A stretch of DNA of 64,000 nt from Alphaproteobacteria bacterium (GCA_965228895.1 OZ245842.1:4128001-4192000); one strand, 5' to 3'. Positions 27,349-39,526 are shown, counted from the first letter of the stretch. Translations and numbers: made by a program. Notes: generated from the letters alone by a model not told the origin.

Positions 27349-29349
27349 TCACGGCTCCGGCGTTTCCATGACCAGCAGTAGCCGGTCGGCCGCGACTTGA
27401 TCGCCCTCGCCGACCAGTACCTCAGCCACGGTCCCAGCAAAGGGCGCGCGCAGGGTGTGTTCCATCTTCATGGCCTCCATGACGATCAGCGACTCGCCTT
27501 TCGTCACGGTAGCACCCGTCGCGACCGCGACCAGTTTGACCAGACCGGGCATCGGCGCAAGCACCCGGTCATCGCCGGCCGTGGCCCGCTCGCCGCCGTC
27601 CAGCAGATCGGGGATCGCGAAGACATGGGTCGCGCCGTCAAGAAAGACGGTGATGTTCCGGCCATGCCGGACAACGCGGCCGCTCACCGTCTGCCCATCA
27701 AGCGCGATGTCGGCACACACGCCGTCGACTTGATGAACTTCGACGGTATGCACATCGCCTGCCTGACCGAAGGTCAGCTTGCCGCCGCCTTCGCATGCCA
27801 CGTTGAACGACATGGCTGTCCCGTCACGACTGAGGTCGACGGCCAGACTTTCACGAGCCCACTGCCGCCAACCCGCCAAGGTCACCCAGGGATCGGTGGC
27901 ATCGCACCGTTCGAACCAACCGAGTGTCGCCATCACGGCGAGACCGTAAGCCGCCGGCGACGGTTCCGGCGTTTGAACGAGCCGGTCCATGTTGCGCTCG
28001 ATCAATCCGGTATCGACGCGGCCGGCCGCGAAGGCGTCATCGGCACACAAGGCCGCGAGAAACCCGACATTGGTTACCGTGCCCGCAATGAAGCTTTGCG
28101 AAAGCGCCGTGCGCATGGTGTTGAGCGCATCCGTCCGGCTATCGCCGTGCACGATGATCTTGGCGATCATCGGGTCGTAGTACGGCGAGATGGTATCGCC
28201 CTGCCGCACACCGCTGTCGACACGCGCGATGTCGTCCGGTAGCGCAAGATAGTCCAGCCGTCCGGTCGCCGGCAGGAACCCCTTGCCGGCGTTTTCGGCG
28301 TAGACCCGCGCCTCGAACGCCCAACCGTCGATCGCAATGTCCTCCTGTTTCAGCGGCAGCGGTTCGCCCGCCGCGATGTGAAGCTGCCATTCGACGAGGT
28401 CGAGGCCGGTGATCATCTCGGTCACCGGATGCTCGACTTGAAGGCGTGTGTTCATCTCCATGAACCAAAAGCGATCGGGCTGCAGGCCGTCGCTGGCATC
28501 GACGATGAACTCCACCGTCGCCGCGCCCTGGTAACCGACGGCCACGGCCGCCTTCACCGCCGCCTCACCCATGGCTTGGCGCATCTCCGAAGTCATGTCG
28601 GGCGCGGGCGCTTCCTCGATCACCTTCTGATGGCGGCGTTGCAGGGAGCAGTCACGTTCGAAGAGGTGGATCACGTTGCCGTCGGCGTCGCCGAACACCT
28701 GCATCTCGATATGGCGCGGGGTCGCGATCCACTTTTCGATCAGGCAGCGGCCGTCGCCGAAGCTCGACTCGGCTTCGCGGCGGGCGCTCTCCAGTGAATC
28801 GGGAAAGTCTGCGGGATCGTCGACCCTGCGCATGCCCTTACCGCCGCCGCCGGCACGCGCCTTGATCAGAACGGGATAGCCGATCTCATCCGCCTTGCCT
28901 GCCATGACATCGGCGTCCTGATCCTCACCCAGGTAGCCGGGCACCACGGGCACGCCGGTCTCGGCCATCATGGCTTTGGCGCGGTCCTTCAGTCCCATGG
29001 CGCGGATGGCATTGGCCGATGGTCCGACGAAGACGAGGCCTGCCGCTTCGACGGCTTCGGCGAAGTCGGGGTTCTCCGACAGAAAACCGTAGCCCGGGTG
29101 AATCGCATCGGCCGCCATCGCCAGCGCTGCCTCGATGATCCGATCGCCCCTTAGATAACTCTCTGTCACTTGCGGCGGCCCAAGCCGTGCGGCGTTGTCG
29201 GCCATCGCAACATGCAGGGCGTTTGCATCGGCGTCCGAATAGACGGCAACCGTCTCGATGCCCAAGCGCCGGCAGGTCCTGATGATCCGGCAGGCGATCT
29301 CGCCGCGGTTGGCAATCAGGACACGTTTCAGCATCGCGACTGAGGTCAC
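27349..29349 (-). CDS. liuD: Methylcrotonyl-CoA carboxylase biotin-containing subunit
   Basis: [38 protein letters not shown] and the biotin motif EAMKM. Confidence 0.88.
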   Translation of the reverse strand: MTSVAMLKRVLIANRGEIACRIIRTCRRLGIETVAVYSDADANALHVAMADNAARLGPPQVTESYLRGDRIIEAALAMAADAIHPGYGFLSENPDFAEAVEAAGLVFVGPSANAIRAMGLKDRAKAMMAETGVPVVPGYLGEDQDADVMAGKADEIGYPVLIKARAGGGGKGMRRVDDPADFPDSLESARREAESSFGDGRCLIEKWIATPRHIEMQVFGDADGNVIHLFERDCSLQRRHQKVIEEAPAPDMTSEMRQAMGEAAVKAAVAVGYQGAATVEFIVDASDGLQPDRFWFMEMNTRLQVEHPVTEMITGLDLVEWQLHIAAGEPLPLKQEDIAIDGWAFEARVYAENAGKGFLPATGRLDYLALPDDIARVDSGVRQGDTISPYYDPMIAKIIVHGDSRTDALNTMRTALSQSFIAGTVTNVGFLAALCADDAFAAGRVDTGLIERNMDRLVQTPEPSPAAYGLAVMATLGWFERCDATDPWVTLAGWRQWARESLAVDLSRDGTAMSFNVACEGGGKLTFGQAGDVHTVEVHQVDGVCADIALDGQTVSGRVVRHGRNITVFLDGATHVFAIPDLLDGGERATAGDDRVLAPMPGLVKLVAVATGATVTKGESLIVMEAMKMEHTLRAPFAGTVAEVLVGEGDQVAADRLLLVMETPEP

Positions 29350-30953
29350 ATTCGGAAAAGGCCGAACCGGGTTTCCGGAATCGGCGCGTTCAACGCTGCC
29401 GACAACGACAAGCCGAGCACATTGCGCGTCTTGGCCGGATCGATGATGCCGTCATCCCACAACCGCGCGGCGGCATAGAGCGGATGGCTCTGTTCGGCGA
29501 ACTGATCGACGATTGGTTGTTTGAAGGCTGCTTCGTCGCCCGCCGACCACGTCCCGCCTTTGCGCTCGATGGCGTCGCGGCGCACGACGGCGAGCACGCT
29601 CGCGGCCTGTTCGCCACCCATGACTGAGATCCGGCTGTTGGGCCACGTCCACAGAAAGCGCGGGCCATAGGCGCGCCCGCACATGCCGTAATTGCCGGCG
29701 CCAAACGAGCCGCCGACCAGGACCGTCACCTTGGGCACGGCCGACGTCGCGACGGCGGTCACCAGTTTCGCGCCGTGTTTGGCGATGCCCTCGGCCTCGT
29801 ACTTCTGCCCGACAATGAAGCCGGTGATGTTCTGCAGAAAGACCAGCGGGATGCGCCGCTGGGAGCACAGCTCGACGAAATGCGCGCCCTTCAAGGCGCT
29901 TTCGGAGAAGAGGATGCCGTTGTTGGCGAGAATGCCGACCGGCATGCCGTGGATATGGGCGAAACCGCAGACCAGGGTCTCGCCGAAGCGGGCCTTAAAT
30001 TCGTCAAGTCTTGAGCCATCGACCAGGCGCGCGATGACCTCACGGATGTCATAGGCGGTCGACAAGGAAGCCGGCACGATGCCGTAGATTTCCGCGGGGT
30101 CGTAAAGCGGATCCTCCGGCGTCTGCAACTGAAGTTCCGCAGGCTTTGTCCGGTTGAGATTGGCGACCGCGCGCCGCGCCAGTGCCAGCGCATGATCGTC
30201 GTCGCGGGCCAGATGATCGGCGACGCCGGACAGGCGCGTGTGCACGTCGCCACCACCCAGCTCCTCGGCGCTCACCACTTCACCCGTCGCCGCTTGGACC
30301 AGCGGCGGACCTGCCAGGAAGATCGTCCCCTGCTCGCCGACGATGACCGTTTCGTCGGACATGGCCGGGACGTACGCGCCGCCCGCCGTGCACGAGCCCA
30401 TGACCACGGCGATCTGGGCGATTCCGTCGGCGGACATGCGTGCCTGATTATAGAAGATCCGCCCGAAGTGATCGCGGTCGGGAAACACCTCGTCCTGGTT
30501 CGGCAGGTTGGCGCCGCCGGAGTCAACGAGGTAGACACACGGCAGCCGGTTTTCCTGGGCGATTTCCTGGGCGCGCAGGTGCTTTTTGACGGTGACCGGG
30601 TAATAGGTGCCGCCCTTTACCGTCGCGTCGTTGGCGACGACCATGACCTCCTGACCTTCGACGCGGCCGACGCCGGCGATCAGACCGGCCGACGGGCTGG
30701 CACCGTCATAAAGGCCATGCGCGGCCGTGACGCCGATCTCCAGGAACGGTGCGCCGGGATCCAGCAGGCGCGCAACGCGTTCGCGCGGCAGCAGTTTGCC
30801 GCGGCCGGTGTGGCGCGCCTGCGCCGCCTCGCCGCCGCCGGTCATGGCGCTGGCGACGGCGGCTTCGACCTCCTCGATAGCACCGCGCATGGCGTTTTCG
30901 TTGGCCACGAAGTCGTCGCTTGTGGTCTGCACGGTGGACTTGATGACGGCCAT
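29346..30953 (-). CDS. liuB: Methylcrotonyl-CoA carboxylase carboxyltransferase subunit
   Basis: [26 protein letters not shown] and GAGNYGM motifs; start MAVIKS at 30953. Confidence 0.92.
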   Translation of the reverse strand: MAVIKSTVQTTSDDFVANENAMRGAIEEVEAAVASAMTGGGEAAQARHTGRGKLLPRERVARLLDPGAPFLEIGVTAAHGLYDGASPSAGLIAGVGRVEGQEVMVVANDATVKGGTYYPVTVKKHLRAQEIAQENRLPCVYLVDSGGANLPNQDEVFPDRDHFGRIFYNQARMSADGIAQIAVVMGSCTAGGAYVPAMSDETVIVGEQGTIFLAGPPLVQAATGEVVSAEELGGGDVHTRLSGVADHLARDDDHALALARRAVANLNRTKPAELQLQTPEDPLYDPAEIYGIVPASLSTAYDIREVIARLVDGSRLDEFKARFGETLVCGFAHIHGMPVGILANNGILFSESALKGAHFVELCSQRRIPLVFLQNITGFIVGQKYEAEGIAKHGAKLVTAVATSAVPKVTVLVGGSFGAGNYGMCGRAYGPRFLWTWPNSRISVMGGEQAASVLAVVRRDAIERKGGTWSAGDEAAFKQPIVDQFAEQSHPLYAAARLWDDGIIDPAKTRNVLGLSLSAALNAPIPETRFGLFRM

Positions 30954-32116
30954 CAGGCGGTTTCCTTCATCAACTCGCGCCCGATCAGCATGCGGCGGAT
31001 CTCCGATGTGCCCGCGCCGATCTCCATCAGCTTGGCGTCGCGCAACAGGCGCCCGGTCGGATAGTCGTTGATGTAACCATTGCCGCCCAAGGCTTGTATC
31101 GCCTGCAACGCCTGTTGCGTCGCCTGTTCCGACGCGTAGAGACAACAGGCCGCGGCATCCTGGCGCGTGACCGCGCCCCGATCGCAGGCAGCCGCGACCG
31201 CATAGACATAGGCGCGCGACGAGTTCATGGCCGTGTACATGTCGGCGATTTTGGCCTGCATCAACTGAAACTCCCCGATCGGCCGGCCGAACTGCTTGCG
31301 CTCGTGCAGATAGGGCATCACCACGTCGAGGCAGGCATGCATGATGCCAACGCCGATGCCCGCCAAGACGACGCGCTCGAAGTCGAGGCCGGACATCAAA
31401 ACCTTGACGCCCTCGCCTTCGGCGCCCAGCACGTTCTCGAACGGGACTTCACAGTCTTCAAACACGAGCTCTGCCGTGTTCGAGCCGCGCATGCCGAGTT
31501 TGTCGAGCTTCTGCGAGGGCATAAAACCGCCAAAGCCGCTTTCGACCAAGAACGCCGTGATGCCCTTCGCGCCAGCGTCGGGATCGGTCTTGGCATAGAC
31601 CACGAGCGTATCGGCATCCGGTCCGTTGGTGATCCACATCTTGGTGCCGTTCAGCATGTAGCGGTCGTTGCGCTTGTCGGCCCGCAGGGCCATCGAGACC
31701 ACGTCGGACCCCGCGCCCGGCTCCGACATGGCGAGGGCGCCGACATGCTCGCCCGAGCACAGCTTCGGCAGATACGTCGCCTTTTGCTCGGGCGTGCCGT
31801 TCCGGTTGATCTGGTTGACGCACAGATTGGAATGGGCGCCATAGCTGAGCGCCGTCGAGGCCGACGCGCGCGCGATCTCCTCCATCGCGACCACATGGGC
31901 CAGATAACGCATGCCCGTACCGCCGTGGTCGGGATCGGCGGTGATGCCCAAGAGGCCGAGCGCGCCCAGTTCCGGCCAGAGATCGCGCGGAAAGGTGTTG
32001 CTTTCGTCGATCTCGGCGGCGCGCGGCGCAAGCTTGTCCTGGGCCCAGCGATGGACGACATCGCGCAGGGCCTCGACCTCCTCACCCAACGCGAAACCCA
32101 TGGAGGCGCGGAACAT
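30953..32116 (-). CDS. liuA: Isovaleryl-CoA dehydrogenase
   Basis: [30 protein letters not shown] and [11 protein letters not shown] motifs. Confidence 0.93.
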   Translation of the reverse strand: MFRASMGFALGEEVEALRDVVHRWAQDKLAPRAAEIDESNTFPRDLWPELGALGLLGITADPDHGGTGMRYLAHVVAMEEIARASASTALSYGAHSNLCVNQINRNGTPEQKATYLPKLCSGEHVGALAMSEPGAGSDVVSMALRADKRNDRYMLNGTKMWITNGPDADTLVVYAKTDPDAGAKGITAFLVESGFGGFMPSQKLDKLGMRGSNTAELVFEDCEVPFENVLGAEGEGVKVLMSGLDFERVVLAGIGVGIMHACLDVVMPYLHERKQFGRPIGEFQLMQAKIADMYTAMNSSRAYVYAVAAACDRGAVTRQDAAACCLYASEQATQQALQAIQALGGNGYINDYPTGRLLRDAKLMEIGAGTSEIRRMLIGRELMKETA

Positions 32117-32184
32117 GTCAGTCCTCCCCACCGGTCAGGCTGACATCGTCTCTACGGTGCATTGTCTCAGTCAGCGTCGCGGTC

Positions 32185-33882
32185 CTAAGCGGTCTTTTCT
32201 TCAACGAGACCGAGCTCCTCGATCATCTTCTCGCGCATGATGAACTTTTGCGGCTTGCCGGTCACGGTCATCGGCAGGGCATCAACGAAGCGAATGATCC
32301 TGGGGACCTTGAAGTGGGCGATCTGATCTCGACAAAACGCACGGATGTCGTCTTCCGTCGCGGTTTCGTCGGGCATCAGGATGATCCAGGCGCAGACTTC
32401 CTCGCCGAGTTTGTGGTCGGGCACGCCGAAGACCTGAACCTGCTGGACCTTGGGGTGGCGATAGAGGAACTCCTCGATTTCACGCGGGTAGATGTTCTCG
32501 CCACCGCGAATGATCATGTCCTTCACACGCCCGACGATGTTGCAATAACCCTCATCGTCGACCGTCGCCAAGTCGCCCGTGCGCATCCAGCCGTCTTCGA
32601 CGATGGCTTCGCGTGTGCGCTCTTCGTCGTCCCAATAGCCTTTCATGACCGAATAGCCGTGCACCCAGAGCTCCCCGGGCTGGTTGAGCGGCAATGTTTT
32701 GCCGGCCTCGTCGACGACCTTGACCTCGACATGGGGATGGGCCCGTCCCACCGTCGACACACGTTTCTCGATCGGGTCGTCGGTTGCGCTCTGCAGCGAA
32801 ACCGGGCTGGTCTCCGTCATGCCATAGGCGATCGTCACCTCGCTCATGTGCATATCGGAGACGACCTTTTTCATGACCTCGATCGGGCATGGCGAGCCCG
32901 CCATGATACCGGTTCTGAGCGACGACAGATCGAGATCGGGGAAACCCGGCGACTCGAGCATGGCGACGAACATGGTGGGCACGCCGTAAAGCCCGGTGCA
33001 TCGCTCTTCGGCAACCGCGGTCAGGGTCGATACGGGTTCGAAGGCCTCACCCGGGAACACCATGCACGCACCTTTGGTAACGCACCCCAGCGTGCCCATG
33101 ACCATGCCGAAGCAGTGATAGAGCGGCACCGGAATGCACAAGCGATCGGCCTCGGTGAACCGGATTGCCCGCGTCGTGAAGTGGGCGTTGTTCAAGATGT
33201 TGAAGTGGGTCAGCGTGGCGCCCTTGGGCGTGCCTGTCGTGCCGCTGGTGAACTGAATGTTGATGGGGTCGTCCGGCTTCAAGGACGCAGAGATCGCATC
33301 GAGCTCGCTTTTGTCCGCGGCTTGGCCCTGCGCCACCACATCATCGAAGTTCAGCATCCCGCGCGATGTCTCGTCGCCCATGCGCATGACGATCTTGAGC
33401 GCCGGCAGCTTTGCCGCGTTCAGCGCGCCGGGCTTGGCGTCGGCAAGTTCCGGCGCCAGCGTGTTCAGCATGCCCAGATAATCGGACGACTTGAACAGGG
33501 CGGCCGTCACCAGCGCCTTGCATCCGACCTTGTTGAGCGCGAACTCCAGCTCCGAAAGCCGGTAGGCTGGGTTGATGTTGACCAGGACCAGACCGATGCG
33601 CGCCGTCGCGAACTGGGTCAGCAGCCATTCGTAGCGGTTGGGTGACCAAACACCGATCCGGTCGCCCTTCTTAAGACCAAGGGCAAGAAGACCGGCGGCC
33701 AAATTGTCGATCTCTTCGGACAATTGGTTGTAGGTCAGCCGCCTGTCTTGTTCGCAGAAGACGGCTGCTTCGCGCTCGCCAAACCGGGCAACGGTGTCGG
33801 CGAACGCTTCAGGGATCGTCGCCTCGCGAAGCGGTTCGCTCGTATCGCCGGCAACACATGACATTCCGTCAAGCGGCATCAT
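32185..33882 (-). CDS. Acyl-CoA synthetase (AMP-binding), liu-associated
   Basis: [30 protein letters not shown] and TVTGK motifs. Confidence 0.9.
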   Translation of the reverse strand: MMPLDGMSCVAGDTSEPLREATIPEAFADTVARFGEREAAVFCEQDRRLTYNQLSEEIDNLAAGLLALGLKKGDRIGVWSPNRYEWLLTQFATARIGLVLVNINPAYRLSELEFALNKVGCKALVTAALFKSSDYLGMLNTLAPELADAKPGALNAAKLPALKIVMRMGDETSRGMLNFDDVVAQGQAADKSELDAISASLKPDDPINIQFTSGTTGTPKGATLTHFNILNNAHFTTRAIRFTEADRLCIPVPLYHCFGMVMGTLGCVTKGACMVFPGEAFEPVSTLTAVAEERCTGLYGVPTMFVAMLESPGFPDLDLSSLRTGIMAGSPCPIEVMKKVVSDMHMSEVTIAYGMTETSPVSLQSATDDPIEKRVSTVGRAHPHVEVKVVDEAGKTLPLNQPGELWVHGYSVMKGYWDDEERTREAIVEDGWMRTGDLATVDDEGYCNIVGRVKDMIIRGGENIYPREIEEFLYRHPKVQQVQVFGVPDHKLGEEVCAWIILMPDETATEDDIRAFCRDQIAHFKVPRIIRFVDALPMTVTGKPQKFIMREKMIEELGLVEEKTA

Positions 33883-34006
33883 GCCTCAATCGACCTCCCC
33901 GCGCTCTTTCACCACGTCGCCCCGATCCGGCCAAGTATATAGGGCCGCCTAGCCATAAACCATCGCCCCGCCGGGTTCACAATCCCGTGGCAGACGAGGG
34001 CCGCGC

Positions 34007-34486
34007 TTAGGCCTCGCGGTAGTGTTTGGGCCGCCGCTTGACCGGGTCCAGCAATGACCAGTCCCCTTGCGGGACGTCGTAGCCTTGCGGGAAAGGTGGC
34101 CGTTCTTCGATGCCAAGCGCGGCCATCACGCGTTCGTCGCTGTAGTAGCACTGGACCGTGACGGCGGTGATAGCTTCGACGTGCTGCGACCCCGCTGCCG
34201 CAAAGCCGGCGGCGACATCGGCCCTCTGTTTGTCGTCGAGCGTCACAAAACTGGCGCCGTGGCTGTCCTGCGCCATCCTGTCGAGAACGGCCAGCGCGCC
34301 TGTTACGTGATCCTTGTCGGCCACCGCTGCCTCGGTGATTCGATCGAAAATGGCGGGATCGTCCGCACCGGGAACACCGTACCGATCGCTCGCCGGAATC
34401 ATCAGGCCGACGAGCGTAAGCAGCGACGCCTTTTGATCGTCCGACAGACTGTCACTGCTTTGATTCACGCTGCCACCGCCCGTCAT
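34007..34486 (-). CDS. Gluconate 2-dehydrogenase subunit 3-like small subunit
   Basis: MIPA....PGA, F..LD..QR and YY.D.RV...LG....PPFP.GY motifs. Confidence 0.7.
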   Translation of the reverse strand: MTGGGSVNQSSDSLSDDQKASLLTLVGLMIPASDRYGVPGADDPAIFDRITEAAVADKDHVTGALAVLDRMAQDSHGASFVTLDDKQRADVAAGFAAAGSQHVEAITAVTVQCYYSDERVMAALGIEERPPFPQGYDVPQGDWSLLDPVKRRPKHYREA

Positions 34487-34550
34487 GTTCCTGCACCACC
34501 GCGTTGCCGTTCTGCATCAACTCTAGCAGCTTCCCAGGCAGGTGAAACGA

Positions 34551-34583
34551 GAATGGCCAGGGCTTCGCCAACCCTGGCCATTC
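34551..34583 (-). terminator. Intrinsic terminator-like hairpin after the BCCT gene
   Basis: gaatggccaggg-N9-ccctggccattc inverted repeat. Confidence 0.55.
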
Positions 34584-34649
34584 TTGCTCAACAGGTCCAA
34601 AGTCGCTGTGCCGGACCGGCAGCAACCGGCCCGATACAGCAAGACATCA

Positions 34650-36287
34650 TCAGCGTTTCAAGAACTCCAACTCGCGCTTGTCCTCCACATCAGGCGATGG
34701 GAAGTCATGCTGTAGCGTCTTGAAGACACCGAACGACATCATCAGCAAGATCACCGCAATCGGCAAACCAGCGACGATGGATGCCGTCTGTAGTGCGCTC
34801 AGACCGCCGGCCAGCAACAGCACACCGGCAACGACACCGGAGGTGATGCCCCAGAACAGCCGGAACTTGATCGGCGGATGTTCATCGCCCATGGACAGCA
34901 TGGTGCACATGACAAGCGTGCCGGAATCCGACGACGTCACGAACCACGATATCAACAGGATCGTCGTCAGAATGGTGATCGGCGTGACCAAGCTTGAAAC
35001 GCCAAACCCTTCGATGGTCTTGAACACACCGCTTGCGTAGTCCGCGTTGACCGCATCGACGACACCGGCGTTGTTGAACAGATCCACGCCAACGGCCGCG
35101 CCGCCGAACACGCCCATCCACAGAACGACGACCGAGGTCGGTATCAGCAGCACGCAGAAGCAGAACTGCCGGATCGTGCGTCCCTTGGAGATACGCGCGA
35201 TGAACAGACCGACAAACGGACACCAGGCGATCCACCAACCCCAATAGAAGATGGTCCACCAGCTCTGCCATTGACGGTCCTGTTCGTTGTCGATCCAGAA
35301 ACCCATCGGGATGACGTTCCAGATGTAGTCGCCGGCACCGGAGATCACCATGCCCAGAATAAAGGCGGTTGGTCCGAGGATCAGGAACAACAACAACAGC
35401 ACCAGGCTGGCCCAGACGTTGACCTCACTGAGGATGCGAACGCCCTTGCCGACTCCGGAGACAGCCGAGGCCGTGCCCAGGATGGTGATACCGCCGATCA
35501 GGACGAGGTGGTTGGCCGTGGTGTTCGACATCCAACCGAGATCGGCCAGACCGGCCGCGATCGGCGCCACACCCAGACCCAGCGATGTCGCCAGACCGAA
35601 AATGGTGCCGAACACGCCTATCAGGTCGACCACATGACCCCACGGACCGTAGATCCGGTGTTTGAGAACCGGGTACAAGGCCGAGCGCAGCGATAACGGC
35701 AGACCCTTACGGTAGGAGAAATAGGCCAAGCACAAACCGACGAGCACGTAGAGCGCCCAACCGTGCAAACCCCAGTGGAAATTGGTGATGCGGATGGCAA
35801 CGCCAGCCGCTTCCACGCCGCCCGGCTCGATTCCTTCGCGTGTCAGAAAGGGGTTGCCCTGGATGTGGTACATCGGTTCAGCGACACCCCAGTAGATCAG
35901 GCCGGAACCCAGGCCCGCGCTGAACAGCATGCAGATCCACGAGAATGTCGAGAAGTCCGGTTCATCGTCGTCCTTGCCCAGTTTGACGGAGCCGAACCGG
36001 CTCATGAGCAAGTACAAGATGAACAGAAGCGTCACCGTCACGACCAGCACGTAGAACCAGCCGAGCGTGCCGATGATGAAGTCTTTGCCTTCGGCGAAGA
36101 TGGCACCGGAATAGTCGACGTCCCAGATGGTGAACACCACGAACGCGATGATCATCACCATCGATGCGACCGCCATGATGGCGTTCGATCCGGCAAAGAA
36201 ACCGGACTTCGCGACCAAGCCTTCCGGCGGCAGATGAACGTCGTCGTCCATCGGCGCTTGCGGCGGTGCGCCAGTTCCATCACTCAT
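34650..36287 (-). CDS. BCCT family transporter
   Basis: W..MLFSAGLG.GL.YWGVAEP, FHWGLHGW, WTIFYWGWWIAW.PFVG.FIARISKGRT and TSSDS motifs; about 12 TM segments. Confidence 0.93.
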   Translation of the reverse strand: MSDGTGAPPQAPMDDDVHLPPEGLVAKSGFFAGSNAIMAVASMVMIIAFVVFTIWDVDYSGAIFAEGKDFIIGTLGWFYVLVVTVTLLFILYLLMSRFGSVKLGKDDDEPDFSTFSWICMLFSAGLGSGLIYWGVAEPMYHIQGNPFLTREGIEPGGVEAAGVAIRITNFHWGLHGWALYVLVGLCLAYFSYRKGLPLSLRSALYPVLKHRIYGPWGHVVDLIGVFGTIFGLATSLGLGVAPIAAGLADLGWMSNTTANHLVLIGGITILGTASAVSGVGKGVRILSEVNVWASLVLLLLFLILGPTAFILGMVISGAGDYIWNVIPMGFWIDNEQDRQWQSWWTIFYWGWWIAWCPFVGLFIARISKGRTIRQFCFCVLLIPTSVVVLWMGVFGGAAVGVDLFNNAGVVDAVNADYASGVFKTIEGFGVSSLVTPITILTTILLISWFVTSSDSGTLVMCTMLSMGDEHPPIKFRLFWGITSGVVAGVLLLAGGLSALQTASIVAGLPIAVILLMMSFGVFKTLQHDFPSPDVEDKRELEFLKR

Positions 36288-36320
36288 TGTTCTTACTCCC
36301 CCTAGAAATCCCCATGTTGC

Positions 36321-37517
36321 TCATCGCACCGTTCCCGAAGCGCCTTCCCTGACCGAACCGGCGATCCAGGCGTCGAACGCGTCTTCCAGGACCTGCTCGT
36401 GTTCGGCCCACCACTCGGCGTCCGACATGATCGAGACCTTCTCCTCATAGGCAGGTCCGTTTGGCAGCTGTGCGAGAATGTCCTCTGACAGCAGACCCAG
36501 CGACGACTTGCGCGTCGGTCCGTTGGGCAGATAGCTCACCATGTCGGCCAGCGATTGTGAGCTGCTGGCAAAACGAATGAAGTCGATGGCTTCTTCCTTG
36601 TACCGGCTGCCCTTGGGGATACCGAACAGGTCGAGCTCGATGACCCGTCCGTCCCACTCGACGGTGAACTTGGCGCCTTCCTTACGTGATGCGGTAGCGC
36701 CCGTCGTCGCCCAGACCGACGACATGACGACCTCGCCGGCGTTCAGCAGACGCACCGGCTCCAAGCCGTCTTCCCACAGCATCAGGCCCGGCTTGATTGC
36801 GTCCATCTTGGCCAGTGCGCGCTCGATGCCTTCCGGTGTTGCCAGAACGCTATAGACGTCCGCCTCGGCGACACCGTCGGCAATCAATGCCCATTCCATA
36901 ACCACCGTCGGATCGTTGCGGATCGCACGGGGGCCGGGATAGGTGTCGACGTCGAAGAAATCCTGGACCGAGCTTGGCGGATTATCACCAAAGGCATCGT
37001 TGCTGTAGGCGTATACCGTCGCCCAGATGATGACGCCGATGCCGCAACGGTTGAGCGCGCCGTCGACGAAATCATCGCGGAAGTTCGTGCCGTCAATGCC
37101 ATCGGGAAGATCGACATCGGAGAGGTCCTCCAGCAGACCTTCCTCGCAAGCGCGCAGCGAGTCAGCTTGGGTCAAATCAACAACGTCCCAGATGACATTC
37201 GCCGATTCCACCTGATCACGAATTTCTTCGAGATCACCGGCATAGTGCTCAACATTGACTCGCCCGCCGATCATTTCTTCATAGGGCCGAACAAAGCCGA
37301 GCATCTGGCTGCGCATGTAAGGGCCGGTCCACGTCGTGAAGGTGATTTCGTTCCGTGGATTGGCCGGCGAGGCCGTCGCTTGCTGGAGTTGCGTCGAAAA
37401 CTCGGCATCAGGATTTTCGTCATCCTGCGCGAGCGCGCCGGTGTAGATCAGCACCGAACCCAGGAAAACGGCTGCGGCGAACCTGCCGCACACGTTTCTT
37501 AGTCGGTTTTTGTTCAT
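36321..37517 (-). CDS. Periplasmic solute-binding protein (PotD/YdcS-like), orphan of ABC partners
   Basis: Signal peptide ending ALA-QD; TW.GPY..SQ, QVES.NV.WDVVD and ACEEGLLE motifs. Confidence 0.82.
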   Translation of the reverse strand: MNKNRLRNVCGRFAAAVFLGSVLIYTGALAQDDENPDAEFSTQLQQATASPANPRNEITFTTWTGPYMRSQMLGFVRPYEEMIGGRVNVEHYAGDLEEIRDQVESANVIWDVVDLTQADSLRACEEGLLEDLSDVDLPDGIDGTNFRDDFVDGALNRCGIGVIIWATVYAYSNDAFGDNPPSSVQDFFDVDTYPGPRAIRNDPTVVMEWALIADGVAEADVYSVLATPEGIERALAKMDAIKPGLMLWEDGLEPVRLLNAGEVVMSSVWATTGATASRKEGAKFTVEWDGRVIELDLFGIPKGSRYKEEAIDFIRFASSSQSLADMVSYLPNGPTRKSSLGLLSEDILAQLPNGPAYEEKVSIMSDAEWWAEHEQVLEDAFDAWIAGSVREGASGTVR

Positions 37518-37924
37518 CTTGTGCTCCCCTGTCACTTCCCAAACGGCGAAGCCTAGCCAACACCCACCAAATGGATGCGCAAACACCAAACCTATGCGCT
37601 CTCTACGATAAGAATCCGCGGAAACTGCGGATTTGAGAGCTATCTATGGCGATGTTTCGGTGCCCGCGCCCTTGGTGAGCGTTCGATTGGCCGCCTTCCC
37701 CACAATCAGCACGTACAACAATGCACCCCCTCGAACTTCTTTGAAACACCCGGATTCCGTTCAAGAAAACGACATGCAATTCGTGCCCTCGTCATCGATA
37801 GACGCGTGAGAATACGGTGAATTCCTAGGGAAACTGCGCTTAAGAGACGACAGATACAGCCCTGGCGGGACCTCGCGTGCCTCGATTGCGCGCAAACGTC
37901 ATTGGGCGCGGTGATGAAGCCGCA

Positions 37925-39526
37925 TCAATCGAACAGAGTCGCCAATCGCTGCTTCACGGAATCGGCGATATAGAGCGCCAGAGCCTGGATCGTTCGCGTC
38001 GGGTTAACACCGGCAGAGGTAACGAAGATGCTGCCGTCGATGATGAAGAGGTTTTTGACGTCGTGGCAGCGGCCCCATTCGTTGACCACCGAGGTCGCGG
38101 GGTCAGCACCCATGCGCGCCGTCCCCATCAGATGCCAACCGGCATAGGAGATCGGTGATTCGTAGATGATGTCCTTGGCACCGGCGGCGCGCAGCGCTTC
38201 GCTGGCGCGCGCCATCGCAAAGTCCAGCATCGTCGTGCTGTTGTCGCTGAGCGTGTAGCTGATCTTGGGCGCGGGAACGCCGTTCGAGTCTGTCATTACC
38301 GGATCAAGCGTGACGGCGTTGTGCTCTTCCGGCAGGTCCTCGCAAATGGCGAAGATCGGCACGATGCGGTTGAAGAGTTCCCTATAAGCGCGGTGATGGC
38401 CCTCACCCCAGGGAATCCGCCCGGCCTGCATGCCAGTCAGCGCTGTACTGATGGGGGTTACGCCGCGGCAGCATTCGAACGTGAAACCGCGGACAAAGCC
38501 TCGGTCACTATCGGTTTCGTAGAACTCCTGGCTTAAGACACAATTATGTGGACCTTTGTAACCGTCGAACGGCTGATCGAAGACGCCCTGGATCAAGGCG
38601 TAGGGGTGAAACATGAAGTTCTTGCCGACCAGGCCGCTGCTGTTGGCTAGGCCATCGGGGAACTGGGCGGATGTCGAGTTTAACAGGATGCGGGGCGTGC
38701 CCACGCCGTTGCAGGCCATCACCACGACCTCCGCCTTCTGTTCGTGCTCAACGCCGTCGGCGTCATAGTAGATGACGCCGGTCGCCATGCCTTCGTCGTT
38801 CACCGTGACCTCGCGCACGCGCGCGCGCGTTCTGACCTCGACCTTGCCGCGCACCGCATCGGGCCAATAGGTGATGTCCGTGCTCGCCTTCGCGCCCTGG
38901 GCGCAGCCGCTGCCGCACGCACCCAGGTTCACGCATTTGTCGCGCCCGTTGTAGGGCTGGCTGGCGACGGCGCTGTCGGACGGCCACCAGTGCCAGTCCA
39001 TGGCGTTGAAAGCCCGCGCCAGCACCTCACCGGACTTACCCAGTGGCAGCGGCGGCATGACTGGGAACTTATCGGGATTGGCGGGGTCACCGGCCAGACC
39101 GGAGACGCCCGTCATGCGCTCGTCGACCTGATAAAACGGCTCAAGCGTTGCATAATCGATCGGCCAATCGTCGGCCACGCCATCAAGCGATTTGACCCGG
39201 AAGTCGGAGGGGTGGAAGCGCGGATAATGGCCGGAATAAAGGATCGTCCCGCCGCCGACGCCGTTAAAGTTGGCGACGGCTATGGGCGAGTCGTCATCAT
39301 TGATCGGATAGTCAGTGTCGCGCTTGCGCACGTTGGGATCGATGCTGAAATCGCCGTGGGTGCGGGCCTCCCAGTCACGGCCCGTGCTGGGGTAGGCGCC
39401 CGAGTTCATCCAGTCGCCCTGCTCCAGGCAGACGATGCGCATGCGCGTTTCGACGAGGCTCCAGGCAAACGCCGCGGCCGACGCGCCCGCGCCAACGATC
39501 AACACATCAACCGTCTCGTCTGTCAT
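37925..39526 (-). CDS. GMC family oxidoreductase (FAD; Cys-rich Fe-S motif)
   Basis: IVGAG dinucleotide fold, VGGGT, CVNLGACGSGC Cys cluster, HLMGTARMG and NPT.T motifs. Confidence 0.88.
   Translation of the reverse strand: MTDETVDVLIVGAGASAAAFAWSLVETRMRIVCLEQGDWMNSGAYPSTGRDWEARTHGDFSIDPNVRKRDTDYPINDDDSPIAVANFNGVGGGTILYSGHYPRFHPSDFRVKSLDGVADDWPIDYATLEPFYQVDERMTGVSGLAGDPANPDKFPVMPPLPLGKSGEVLARAFNAMDWHWWPSDSAVASQPYNGRDKCVNLGACGSGCAQGAKASTDITYWPDAVRGKVEVRTRARVREVTVNDEGMATGVIYYDADGVEHEQKAEVVVMACNGVGTPRILLNSTSAQFPDGLANSSGLVGKNFMFHPYALIQGVFDQPFDGYKGPHNCVLSQEFYETDSDRGFVRGFTFECCRGVTPISTALTGMQAGRIPWGEGHHRAYRELFNRIVPIFAICEDLPEEHNAVTLDPVMTDSNGVPAPKISYTLSDNSTTMLDFAMARASEALRAAGAKDIIYESPISYAGWHLMGTARMGADPATSVVNEWGRCHDVKNLFIIDGSIFVTSAGVNPTRTIQALALYIADSVKQRLATLFD

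Noticed and set aside
25648-33882. liu operon next to the microcompartment locus as part of one pathway
   Set aside because: It is an ordinary leucine/isovalerate catabolic operon, transcribed convergently and separated by a repeat element. Nothing indicates coupling.
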